A stretch of DNA of 59,065 bases, the filler included, from Perkinsus olseni (taxonomy: Eukaryota), in assembly GCA_013115125.1 (NCBI GenBank). It is 2 parts of 2 records of this genome, joined end to end, with 100 filler letters (N's around TTAATTAATTAA, not from the genome) between each part and the next. Parts side by side here need not be neighbours in the genome. Positions count along the whole stretch, not along the records: positions 29,698 to 59,065 come from JABANN010000432.1; 1 more part is not named here. One strand, 5' to 3'. The position numbers were made by a program, and so were the translations under genes. Every line of letters begins with the position of its first letter. Position 1 is the stretch's first letter. Positions 35,358 to 47,311 of this stretch are shown in pieces. The notes under the pieces were generated by a model. The model was not told the DNA's origin. It did no database searches and worked only from the letters and a program-made list of their open reading frames with translations.

Positions 35358-37968
35358 ATGTCGGCGAGCGTTGCTTCAACTGTTCCTCGTTCCTATTACC
35401 CGACCCGCCTAGCTCGGAATGTTCTCAAGACCACCCTGAAGAGGATGGCCAACAACTTCGCTCAAAACGAGAGAGTTTTCTGGCACGACCGGGCTGTTAT
35501 CGATTCTATATCGAAGGACATCGGTCAAAGGGGCACTTGGAAGGAAAGATGTAATAGGGGCGGGAAAATTGGGGAAAATTTTCGTGGATTTTTCCCGTCT
35601 CTTCAAACGATAAAGTAGAAGCTCATGCGTTGAATGCGGCTTTAAGCGTGCTACTGGTGTTTTAGTTCTGGGCGGAAAATAAGCAGATATATTTCCAAAA
35701 TATTTTCCGAAAATCTTGATTTGAAACAATTTTCTGCCGATTTCTTCGCTCAACTGAGTTTATCAGAACGTGGCGTTAGAGAGACCAGAGTGCTAGCGGA
35801 AGTTCAGCTCCGTAAATTGCCAGCATCAACCTAAGATTCGCTCGCTAATATATCAAGTTCCATCTCTTTTAGGTGATCTTTCCTTCGCCAAGGTGTCGCC
35901 CTATTGCACCGCTCATATTCTGCGGTCGCACGGGGCCGCCAACAGTTCCTTATCGAAATGGATGCTCTACCTTCACGGAGGCTACTTCTGTTTATTCAGT
36001 CCGGAGTATTATTATGAGGTGGCGTCGAAGTTGGCGGAGGAGAGCGGCTGTGAGGGAGTTATCATTCCTCATTACAGACGTCCGCCGGAGCATAAGTAAT
36101 TATTCCGTTGTTAAAAATTTGAATTTTCGGGAAATTTTGCGATGATGCAAATTTGATTATGATGGGCTTGGTATTACTGAATTTAATAGACGACTATGTA
36201 TCGCTTGGCGTTGTTGCGGAGGCAGAAAATGCATACCATCTTTCTCCCGACACGTGAGCTGTAGCTTTGCACAGAGTACCTCAGCGGTGGGCGAGCTATG
36301 ATCAAGAGCGCTTCCCTGCGCATCTGTTGTCCTCCGAACGATTCCGATAAATTTAACGGTTGCCGTCTCGAGTGTGTCTGTATGTGTAGGAATGACCTCT
36401 CTTCGCCGAAGGAAATATGCGTTTTTATATTACCATCGTGCTCATGTACTTCCTAGATCGTACTGTGTATTATTGCATCGTCCGCGCCCTTCTTCTCAGT
36501 GCCCCCGCGGCCTTGGACGATTGCGTGAGCACGTATCAATGGATGAGGACTGAAGGCGGGGCGGAGAAAGTTGCAGTAGCGGGCGATTCAGCCGGCGGGA
36601 ATTTGGGTGCGGCTTTGATGCTGAAGACCCAGGATCGACCCCCGGAGGTGAGCATTTTTATGAATTAAGAACCGTTGCGTTGGATTGAGATCTCCCTCAG
36701 GCCTGCTGTCTCTGCTCACCCTATCTTGATTTAACCAATGCCAGTGACTCTTACCGGATAAACAGAGACACCGACCCGATCGTGTCCGACGAGCTCAATC
36801 ACAAAGTGGCATGGATGTGAGCGCTTGCCATCGAAAGGTCCCCGGATCGAATCCCGGATGGGATATTTTTCCAGATACCTTCAAGGCGCGTTTGACTACG
36901 ACAGCTTGAAGAAGGAAGGAAAGCCACATCAGCCATTCGGTACACAAAGTCGGGTTGCCGAGGTAGTTGAAAAATCATCATTTCTGAGCGGAGGGACTCA
37001 CGACTTTTTCGACGCTCGTCGGTAAGAAATCTAATTTCGTCGCATCAGTTTCACACAGCCGCCCAGAACCCCCTCGCGTCGCCTTTATACGCCCCAAATC
37101 TTCCGGAGGTCTTCAGCCACACGCCTTTGCAAATCCAAGCTAGTAAGTCTCTCAAAAATTATTTTTTACCGTGATTTATTTTTCTTCCGTCAGGTCTGTC
37201 GGAGGCTCTATTGAGTGACTCTGTCCGGTTCTATTCCAAGGTTACTGGTGAATCGATGCCGTCCAACGAGGACCTCGTTCGTCATAACGAGTACATCCGC
37301 TTCAGCAGTTCGCAGGGGCATGTCCTCGAGTTGTTCCCTAAGGAGGGGCACGCTTTTCCGGTGAGATTTTTTGCCGGTGGAAAATTTTCCGGAAAATTTT
37401 CCGGAAAATTTTCTCATTCGTAGTGTGCATCACTTGGTGTATGCTCACTTATTGCTGTTATGGCTTACTATAATAGCGGTACTGTGATTCTCTGTAAGGA
37501 TCCAGTTTTAAGGTGTTGTTCTTCGGTTGTCCTCGTAGCTGGACCATACTCGTTATGTAGTTCACTTGCCGTTACCGTACTGTGGACACAACAACAGGCC
37601 GCGAAGATGAGTATAACTGTGTCCATGCGTGCTCTTTATGCGACAATATCGATCGCGCTGTTGTCTACAACTGCTGTTTATGCGTTCGATCGCGCAACGA
37701 TACATAACAACATCAGAGTGGCACGTAATAGACTATGCCAAAAGAACATTATTTTCGTATTTTCGTGGGCGCGCGACGGCACAGCGGTTCCCTCGCCATC
37801 CTCATTTCTTCTCGGTTTCTCTCACTATTAGTTCAGTCTTTCTTTCCGGTTCGTGGACCTTCGTTCATTTTCCTTCAGGTGACCTCACCGAAGCGGCCCG
37901 ATTCCCAGAAGGCCCTTCAATCATCAGCTGTCTTTGTTAAGAACGCTCTAAATACCAACCCAAATTGA
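35358..37968 (+). CDS. Alpha/beta hydrolase, hormone-sensitive-lipase (HSL/GDXG) family esterase, copy 1
   Basis: WMLYLHGGYF, HYRRPPEH, PAALDDCVSTYQWM, VAVAGDSAGGNLGAAL, SPYLDLT, NPLASPLY, EALLSDS, LELFPKEGHAF, stop at 37968. Confidence 0.92.
37379..37413. repeat. Tandem palindromic 12-mer (GGAAAATTTTCC)x~3 in a hydrolase intron
   Basis: Units at 37379-37390, 37391-37402 and 37403-37413; each is self-complementary. Confidence 0.8.
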
Positions 37969-38655
37969 CTTGTATGTTTCATCGTTGTCTTCTCTCGTTC
38001 CTTATATTATTATTAGTAGTGTTCCTAAGGCATATTCCTCGCTATCAGCACAGTTGTATCCGATTGCCCTCCTCGGTTGTTGTTCCAATGCGCACGTTAC
38101 AGTGTACGCAGTGGTAGGGCTTGAGTTCAGTGGGTGCCGACCGGGTGATCCATAAAGAAGGGCCCACCCTTTGCAACTTTCAGATGCTTCGGAGTGTCAA
38201 AGTTGCAATAAGCACCATTCGCAAGCTCTCTCTGATGAGGCGTTTCATTACTCACGACTGAACTTCCTCCTGAGTCACTCTCTATATAACCTGGCCACTG
38301 TGATTATCGAGAAAGGACCACTGGTATTGGTATAGAATTTTAGTTGAATTTTACTCGTCCGCTTGTGAGTTACTTCGTCCACTGGCAAGGCTGGGTTGCC
38401 AAGCGTTTTAACCGCAGTCTTCTCAAAGGTAGTTTTCTTTTACTCTGTGAATAGCTTTCGGAGTGGTACGGAGGTTCTCAAGCTAGACGTACCCTCAGGA
38501 AGAGGTTTTTGTCGGGGCGTCCACTGGAGCAGAAATTTCCGATTTTTTTGTTCGCGCGGTGGTAGAACTTTCAATACCACTCCTTGCCCAGTTTTTATAC
38601 CTTCAATTTATTTCTTCCACGCGCTTTCCTTCTCCTCCTTATAGAGGTTGCTATC

Positions 38656-40149
38656 ATGCACACTGGTCTCACGAAAATCATTCAACGGGTCGCCAAGACG
38701 ATCGGCCAATCTCAAGTCACCTTCATGGCCGACAGAGCTTTGGCGAACTGGTTCGGCCGATACCTCGGAAAGTACTGGCAGCGAAAATACAAGTGTACGT
38801 CGCTTCGCTAAAGATATCTTTGAGTATCTTTGCTTCACTTCAGTCGAGTTGAAGAAGGTCGAAGTATCACCATCATGTACAGCGCACGTTCTCACGCGCA
38901 TAGCCACCCAGGTCACGCCCGAGCCTTCTCGTTGGCTGATGTTCCTTCACGGTGGTGGCTTCTGTATGCTGGACCCTCGCTTCTACTACGGCCTAGCAGC
39001 CCACATCGCTCGGGACGGCCGCTTTGAAGGCGTCGTTATACCGGACTTTCGACTATCGCCTGACTTCGGGTGAGGGTGCTTCGCTCCGCTAAGCCTGGTT
39101 AATTTTTTGTCTCAGATACCCAGCTCAATTAGAGGACTGTCTCAGTACATACAAGTGGATGAGAGAGGACCAGAAGGCGGGCAAAATTGCGATCGCGGGC
39201 GACTCTTCTGGCGGGAATCTTGCGGCGGCGGTAACGCTCAAGAAAAAAGATACTCCTCCGGAGGTGAGGTGGAGTCGCAGCTCACTGGCCTGATATATAC
39301 GGTCAAGCTGTTGGGGTTCTAGCGGAGCGAAGCGTGCCGAGTTTCTGATTTTCAGGCGGTTGCCCTGCTTTCACCCTTCCTCGACATGACTATCAGCGGC
39401 GAGACCTACGACCTCAACGCCGACACGGACCGCCTGGTGTCGAAGACCAACGCGACAAGGGCCGCGGAGATGTAGCCTTTCACCGTCACGCGCCACGAAA
39501 TTATTGCCATCTGTTTCGCAGGTATGTGTCTGGTAAATTCGAACCAATACCAGCAGAAGAGGTGAGTATCCAAGGTCGACCCGTGCAACTGACAAAATTG
39601 ATTTGCTCTTTCTTTCATGCAGCTCAAAAAGAAGGGCTCGAACGCGTTCGTGTCGCCCTTGTTCGCTAAAAATCTTCCAGCCGTTTTCAACTCCACCAAG
39701 CTTCTCATTCATGCAAGTAGGAGTATCTTTTGCGTCGCTCCGCCGTCCGATAGTGACAATTTTCAGGTCTCAGTGAAGCCCTTCTGTGTGACTCGGTCAA
39801 GTTCTACGAGAAAGTGAGCGGCACGTCGCTGCCGCCCTTATCGGAACTGGTCAAACAGAAGGAGTACTCCCGACACGAGAACAATGGCAAAGTCCTCGAG
39901 CTCTTCCCGAATCAACCTCATGCCTTCGAGGTGAGGCATTTTAATGACAATTTTGATGTTGAATTCTGCTCGGCGAGCGATTGTGACCAGACGGCTGAGC
40001 AAACTGACAGGAACCCGGGGATACGTATTTCCGAAACACCACTCTATGCGCCCTCAAAAAATGGGCATCGCATGCTCGCTATTATACGAGAAATTCATAT
40101 GGATGATTTAATGATCTACTTTCACCAGCACAGCGCGAAATTTACCTGA
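38656..40149 (+). CDS. Alpha/beta hydrolase, HSL/GDXG family esterase, copy 2 (ends uncertain)
   Basis: WLMFLHGGGF, DFRLSPDF, PAQLEDCLSTYKWM, IAIAGDSSGGNLAAAV, SPFLDMT, NAFVSPLF, EALLCDS, LELFPNQPHAF; intron positions match copy 1. Confidence 0.9.
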
Positions 40150-40955
40150 GAGAACCGCCTACCGTGAGAGTGATTGCCCTTCCGAGGCCTCGCCGGGACG
40201 GAATTAGAAGCAGTGGAACTCTCTTTACAGTCTGCTGTAGGTAGATTGACAATGGTCGCTGTGTTAGTGAGTTGAAATTGCAACGCCTACAGTAGTTAGC
40301 CTTTAGTTAGCCTGGCAACGATGTACCTTTCTGTGGGGGATCAGTCTAGCCTGCTCATCAAGCCAAAGAATGTCCTCTTCGTCAGCTGGTGAGTGTGTTC
40401 TCCCTGTCAGGCCTACGCTCCGAAGAAGTGTGCAAGCAAGTTCGGCGTTCAGTCCATTGCGAGATTTTTCGACGAGAGCTTGAGTGAGAAAGATACGACA
40501 GAACGGTCTATCTATCATAACGGCTTCGGCACTACTGGAGACCGTGACGACACATCATCGTTATCTACGTGATGATCCTTGGGGATGATTGTATCGGTGG
40601 TGATTGCTGTGCAGCGGAGCGAAGCTCTGCATGATGCCAATTTTGTCTTGTATAGACACCGCACTTGTTCCTGAAGGATACTTAGTATTTGTACAGCCCG
40701 ATGTGTTTCCCGTAGTGATAGTATTTGAGTTATGCGAGTAGGTCGACCGTGGCAAACACAGAAAAAAAGATATTCTTGGGAGCAACGCAACATGAGCAAT
40801 TATCAGCGACATTATCGGATAACATTGTACGGTAATGGGCACGACGGTGATATTGAATCTTGGTATATATATCCAGTGGTTGTACAAAGTCTATCCTCAC
40901 AAGTTACGAAAAAGTTGGTATGACAAATACCCGCACGCATGCGCAACAATATCAA

Positions 40956-43900
40956 CTATTTTAATGCTGCATTGCGTAAACCAACCAGTGTCCGCTGTGA
41001 GCGAGTTCGACGAGCAATCGGTGTGGCTTCAGGCGCCGCTGCCACCGCCCTCGTCGCGCGAGTCGGACGCTTCCGAGGCGGCGACTGTCCTTCTGGTATG
41101 AATTTCTGAGCACAGCAGCAATGCGACACTTCACAAATCGCCAGGCCTTACTGGAGCGAGGTTTTGCCGCTGCGAAGTTGCGCGAGGTCGAGCGCGTTTC
41201 TGAAGGAGGTATCGCTGATAATAGGGAGAGGACCTTACCTTGGGCTCAGGGGAAAGGCGCTTCGTCGCCGCGGCCCGGGCCTGGCCGCGTACTCCCTCCA
41301 CTGTCCTTGACGCTATCCTGGTCGAGGTCCTAGCCGTGGCCGCAGTCCGGGTGGTCCTAGCGGCCGAAGCCTCTGAGAGGAAGGAAAGCCGGTGGAGCCC
41401 GTTGGGATGGTGATGATGCTCACTTGTCGCTGCTGTCGACGCTGGTGCTTTGGCGTTCGTAGTTTTCTTGCTGCCCATGGCAGTCTGTGTGAGGGACGTG
41501 TCGAAGGAGCTGCGACCATCAGTGAGCAGACTCTCCCCAAAGGCGATGGAATCAAGCACTGAAGCACAGGAAGGGCCGTCGATGGGCTACGAGTTCTATC
41601 GACTTACACGAGCTGTTATTGCTGCTGTTGAGAGCCACAGCGTTGGTTATTCGGGTGCTGACCTCAGGGTCCGCTTGGGAGCCCATGGACCCCTTCGCCT
41701 CCTCCTGTCGAAGGCTCGCGATCTCTCGCTGTAGTTCACCAATACGACACTCTGACGTCACAAGGCTTGGAGCTGGGAGCCGGCGACACCGAGCCACCTG
41801 CGTCCGACAGCTTCCGTTGAAGCAAGGCCCTCTCCCTTCGGCCATCCTCAACCTCTTTGGTGCTCTTTTGGAGCTCCTCCTTCAGTCTGGCAGCCTCACT
41901 GCGTGCCTGATGACACTACCGCACTTTTCGGTACTCCTAGCAGCATCGTACATAATTTAATTGTTTTTCCATTCGAGATTTCTCCCGGAGCGTCTCCTGT
42001 CGGCGCTCCTCGAGAAGCTTCTGAAACTAACAGGGCCGTCCAAAAAGGTCCCGTTAAACCCCTGCATACTACCTCCTTAGTACTTTCCTCGTTCTCCTGC
42101 TTCACCTTGACAAGTTGGGCCTGGCAGGAGCCTTCACCGGGACAGTGTCGGCCGGGACTTACCGAGAGGGCGCGGCGCTGAGTATTGTACTGAGTTGTGG
42201 CGGCCTCCATTCTCTTGCTGGCTTCAGCCTTTTCAGCGCTACGAGCATGCCTCTCTTCTTCGAGCTGGTATGAGGGCAAGAGCCCGGGTTGGATCGACCG
42301 TTTGTTGGTGTCCATCGAAAGCAGCAGATTTTTCTCTTTGGGCGTTCTTGGAGTGCTAGATGTTCCGCCCTTACTCACCCGTTTCTTGGCTTCCTCGGCA
42401 GCCCTCGAGGCAGCTTCAACGCGACGTTCGGACTCGCGAGATGACGAGTAAACCAACGGGGCTAGTATACGTATCCTGAGCAGATAGTACAGCTTCCCGC
42501 ACAGGTTCTATCCCGAGTCCTGACTTCTTCTTGAAGGAGTCTCTAAGGGCGTTCGCTGCCTCCTGCTGCGCCACTGCTGCTCGCCTGAAGGCTGTCAACG
42601 CTCCCTTCTGATCTGACACGTCACAACGTCCACTGAGGTCCACACTCGGAGTGCTACTTTCGGCTAGGCTATTGCTGCGAGGACCAGTAGTGACCATCAC
42701 GAAGGTTAACCTAGCACCCTACAGAATAAAAGATATTCGGTCTTGGCGGGACGAGTAGATTATTGACAGTAGACTGTACGCAAGAAGAGAGGGGGATAAC
42801 GACAAGGGGTGTGAGTACATGGTAAATGTTCCACGGTTGGGCGACAGAGGACAAAGAGCCATTCACCAGGCAGGGCGATACCGGCGTTGAGGGGCACTAA
42901 GGCGACTGCTGCTCAACACTGAGGAGAGGGACCCGACGTTGCTGGCGGAATGGTGCCTGACAGGGCGGTGGCGCCCTCGAGATGAGAGAGCCCCGAAAAC
43001 TATCTATATATTTGAGTAATACCATAGAAGTACGTCGGACGCACGGTATGAAAGTCCTTAGGAAGAACTCCCACCTACTCTCAAAACATCATAGTGGCGA
43101 CACAATGCGAACGAGAGATCGTTTATCACTATCAGCATCATCATCGTGCGTAGCGATCTATTTTACCATTATTTCATGCATACCCCATGCAAGCTTTTTC
43201 GTACGAGTACATTTAGTTCGATAAAATCCATATTCATGACTATTGGATCATTTTCATGTTGTAAGATGCTCTTTCTTACGGATAAACTTCAGACACTCCC
43301 GCAGGGTAATAGCCAGCACATGAGGAGGTCACCGAGCGAACCACCGAGACGTCGTCGTCACCCAGTCGATGGAACTCTTCAGCTCCCCTGAGGAAAGGCG
43401 TTCACGGCTATGACGCCAGACAGGCAACAGCGTCACTTCCCGCTGGCAAACACAGGTTTTTGCCCTTCGACTGCCGAGCGCGGGTGGCTGCCTCTCGTCG
43501 AAGCGGCTGGTCGTAGCAAGCTGCTACTGGCACGCTGTACGGCACTGTCTCCGGCGAGGAAAGTGTACGCTGGAGGAAGCGACGGTGCTGACCTGAGTGA
43601 CTTCATCTGCGTCGTTCAAGCGTGTGCTGACTACTTCGTAGTGCTGAGCTTTCGCTGAGGCTCACGAGAGCTTCCTCCCGAGTAGGAACAGCCACTCTCT
43701 GGGGCAGGGTGCCCTCGGTTTCGCAGGCCCGGTAAGATTTGGCGACGGAACCCTGCGGCATCTCCTGTCGGTTGACGACCGGGGTAGTAGCAACTGAGCG
43801 CCCTCAGTGAAAACGAGACCGGTGGAGATGCTCTATCCAGCGGCCCTACTTCATGATTCTCTCTTCGCTTCGTTCGAGGCTGCCTAGGTTGCTCGGCAAG

Positions 43901-44096
43901 CAACCATCTTTGGTCGCCCAGCCAGGATCGGTGCCGAACTCCCGGGCACTCCTGAACGCCCGAGCGAAACCACCGATGACAGGGGCCAGGCGTCCCACCT
44001 CCCTCTGGTGACTGATTCCAGGTAAGGGATTCTCCTCAACGCGAATTTGAAGTCACGCGCTATGGCCTCCTTGAAGGCGGCATCGGTCAAGGACAT
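40956..44096 (-). CDS. Hypothetical low-complexity/coiled-coil protein, many exons
   Basis: Start MSLTDAAFKEAIARDFKFALRRIPYLES. Charged heptad-like exons (LEEERHARSAEKAEASKRMEAA, LKEELQKSTKEVEDGRRERALLQRKLSDAQ, IGELQREIASLRQEEAK) are separated by GT-AG introns; the basic tail ..PIARRTRSQRTLVGLRNAALK* ends at 40956. Confidence 0.55.
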
Positions 44097-44606
44097 TTGA
44101 CAAGGCTTCTACGCCAGCCCTGCTGCCGATCGGGGTTTTACTGTTGTTGTAAGCTTCAGACAAAATGGCTACAGATTGACTTCAACCCCTTTTGGGTCAG
44201 TCCTATCATTGAATAAATTAACCATCATCAGCATTATCCACTTGAGTTCGAATCAGAAAGTTTGGCTACAAGTTTTCGTCACCTACTCGCCGATCCAATG
44301 GCGAATCGGGCCTATCATTGAGTCGAAAAACGACATTAGCATCATCTTCAACGCTGCATTTATAACGCTGCGGAGCAGCGTAAATCTACGGCCTGCCTGG
44401 GGAACAATCGATCGGCCCCATAGCGTCAACACAAAGATTCTGCACGCATGCGCAGGCTGGGTAGGAGGTCCCTGGTTCGATCCCGAGTGCCTCCTATTCT
44501 CTAGATTCATATCTCGCTCGCCCGAATAATCGATACGCAAGTGAATCTTGAGCTCTCGTTGCCTACGATCACTCTCTGTCGCCTTAGCGTCTTGAGATTT
44601 CTCCAC

Positions 44607-45586
44607 ATGGCCGATCAAATTATCGTGGAGGACTCCGTGGGGCCCATCGATCATGCCGTGATTTCCGAGCTTGCTACCCAGCAGGGGGCCTTCCCCCAAG
44701 GGCTGGCCAACCCTGTAACGCCGCCCTCTAGGGGCGTCAAGAGGAAGAGCGGTGTCACCGGTGGTGAACGGGGGACTCACGGTAAGCAAACAACACAACC
44801 GAAGCATAGAATACACGATCATTCGCCCTGTTGCCCTTTGATAGGGAGGGTGACACATGCTCGTTCTTGACTCTCGTGGTGGAGACCTCGAGCGCTTCTA
44901 CTTCTCGCCCTGCTACGCTATGAGCGTACTTTTGATAAGAGACCTCACCATCTGTGTGTTCAGGTGGGTTCAAGCCTAAATCCCACTTTACCGAGAGCGA
45001 GAACGTCATGCTCGTCGAGCTCATCATTCGGAACCGACCAGTCCTGAAAAGCCGTCGCCCGGAGGCCCAAGGTAGCCCGACGCGCACGTGCTGATCGCAT
45101 GAGGGTGTCTTGTCAGTCGAGCGGGCCAATGCCTTCGATTCCTTCACGGAAGCTCTGAACGAGATGAACCCTGGGTCGCCGAAGACGGTATTGCAAGTTC
45201 GAAAGAAAATGGATAATTTGGTATCGAGGGTTAAGAAGCTCATCGAGGAGCATAGGGAAGTTGGATACGTTAAAAATAAGATACCGGTGTATCTTATTAA
45301 TCTCGCCAACGAGTTCATATTGTGGAACCCGCCAGGGGAAGAGGTCGCTGGTGGCGGGCATATCGTCCCGGCTGGGGTCCATGATGATTTCGCGAGCACG
45401 GCTTCTTCTAACGCGGGCTTCACGCACGCGTTGCACGCTTCCAACGGACCCATTCAGACGAGGGAAGGCATGCTACGCAAGCGGAAACTCGAACTAGAGT
45501 GTGAGCTGTTGTTGGAGCAAATTAAGAAGGTGAAAGCTGAGAACGAGTTCACCGAAGCAAGATTTGGCGGCGTTGGTGTGCTGTGA
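44607..45586 (+). CDS. Myb/SANT-like (trihelix) DNA-binding protein with C-terminal coiled coil; PIF/Harbinger ORF2 / NAIF1-MSANTD type
   Basis: Three exons (44607-44781, 44964-45071, 45117-45586) give KSHFTESENVMLVELIIRNRPVLKSRRPEAQVERANAFDSFTEALNEMNPGSPKTVLQVRKKMDNLVSRVKK, an NLS-like KRK, and RKRKLELECELLLEQIKK. Confidence 0.75.
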
Positions 45587-45672
45587 GGATGATGATGAAG
45601 CTGGCTGCAGGAGGGGACTGTAGATTATTATAATACTATTATTGCAACGTCGTCGTCAATGGGAACGTGTAG

Positions 45673-45936
45673 CTATTTTGAAGTCTGTTGTGTGGTGTTC
45701 ATCAACAGTTTTGGGAGGCAGGACCTGGCAACGGGTGAGCTAAGAGCGCTGCAGAGCGATCCGTTCTTCCCTATACTGGCCGAGAACGAAGGGGTGCTGC
45801 GCTCGAAGGGGAAGAAGATCGATGTTTCCTTTAAAGGCCTCAGAAGGAAGATCCGCCATCCATCAGTCGTGATTGTGACGGATTGTCACTTTGCCCGCGA
45901 TAACTTTGCAGAGATTCTGCAATCTGTGCTCGTAGG

Positions 45937-45974
<38 letters not shown>

Positions 45975-47311
45975 GCTGTCATTTAGTACAGCTGTGTTTT
46001 ACATGACTCAATGGTGACTAGTCACGTCCCGGGGCGTGTGGCTCGCGGTTTGCGCCGTGCTGGTCGCATAGAGTCATCATCAGTCAACAACAAGAGGCGC
46101 CCTCCCGTGTGGTTCCGGTATACATTGCCAGACTTGAGAAACTGCGACCGACCACAAAACCTCAGATCCTGGGTGAGATCTTTCTGACACCTCTAGCTTA
46201 TGTTCTCCTCAGTAGTTGTTGCTTCAGGATGAGCGAGCGTCTGTAGGAGTGCAGGTCTGTGAAAATGAACTTGAGGGCTGCGTCGAGATTGACCTCCGCC
46301 CGACTGTACGAGATTTACCCTCCATCGTAGAAGATGTCGGCAAGTAGGCTTTTACGGTCGCGGCTGCTTTCGTTCACCCCTGGGAAACTAAAACTTGCTG
46401 CATCGCCGGTCTTGACGCCTGGGGGTTTCACTCGTTCTGGGGAGAATAATGGTAACCGACTCGGAATCAGAGGAAAAGCAGTTTTCGACCACCAAGCTGG
46501 ATAAATTACAGTGTTATCCAAAAAGAAGGGGTGGCCCTCTTTTGAATCACCTTGTATGAGCGAAAATAATTCTGTCCTTTCGTCATGATTCAGCTCTGAC
46601 ATATTCCCAAAAAGTGCAAATTTTTCGAAACAAGCAAAAATTCGCCGTTTCAGACGCCCTAGTGCCAGAGAGTTTAGAACGAAAACTAACATGTTGACTC
46701 AGATATAGAAACTCTAACTGAGGTGGTTTAACGGTTCGTCACAATTCGTGTCTACTGTAGTAAGGCCTAGACTATACATACCACCAGGAGTGTCCACGCT
46801 GGCCTGGCGTAAGAGTAGCCGTGCACCTGTATTTCTGTACACCCATTTCACCAGGTTTGTTGTTTGTCCCCTACGGGGTGATTCAATACAGTCCCCGTCT
46901 AGCGGTTATTTTCTGCTTCTTTCAACGCGAAAGAATCTTCTGTGACGGTCCCAACGGTAGACTGTCTCCGTTTCTTCTTTGATGTCAACGCGTATTTTGA
47001 GAGAAAATCCGTTTAGACGTGGCAACAGGAGTGAAACCAGCTTGGGCTGGGGTTCAACAAATACGTCTTTTAAAGAATTCATTTCGTGATTCACCGCTTG
47101 TGGTACGATTAGTTTTCGGAAGCAGAATACTTCGTCTCGTAACATCGGCATCCCTCGCAGGTTGAAGTACCAAGTTGACGTACTTAACCGTCAAGTAAAC
47201 CGGCTGGAGCAAAGGCCCGCTTCGCTTGGGGGAAGTACACGGACTACCCCGTGCCTCCGACGAAGCAGGGGCGGCCTCGCAGCCGTCAACAAAGCCTGCG
47301 TGCAGGGGCAT
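45673..47311 (-). CDS. Hypothetical multi-exon gene or decayed gene with a poly-Asp tract
   Basis: Chained minus-strand ORFs 47311-47054, 47151-46906 and 46692-46315, and terminal exons containing D13-LRAQIAESLQ. No stop-free splicing could be resolved around 46180-46320. Confidence 0.35.
45938..45973. repeat. (CAT)12 microsatellite (poly-Asp on the minus strand)
   Basis: Direct count. Confidence 0.95.

Noticed and set aside
40107-40800. Possible extra minus-strand multi-exon gene between hydrolase 2 and the coiled-coil gene
   Set aside because: Some GT-AG-bounded segments exist, but no start or consistent frame could be established.
44755-45453. 232-aa minus-strand ORF
   Set aside because: Antisense shadow of the Myb/SANT-like gene.
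45659-46006. Poly-His ORFs (also 51638-51970)
   Set aside because: The His runs are just (CAT)n microsatellites read on the plus strand.
46740-46980. Possible MULE/FAR1-type zinc-finger remnant (VYRWDR..KYRCTATL..LNH)
   Set aside because: The Cys/His ligands are incomplete and in different frames; no DDE domain or TIRs were seen.
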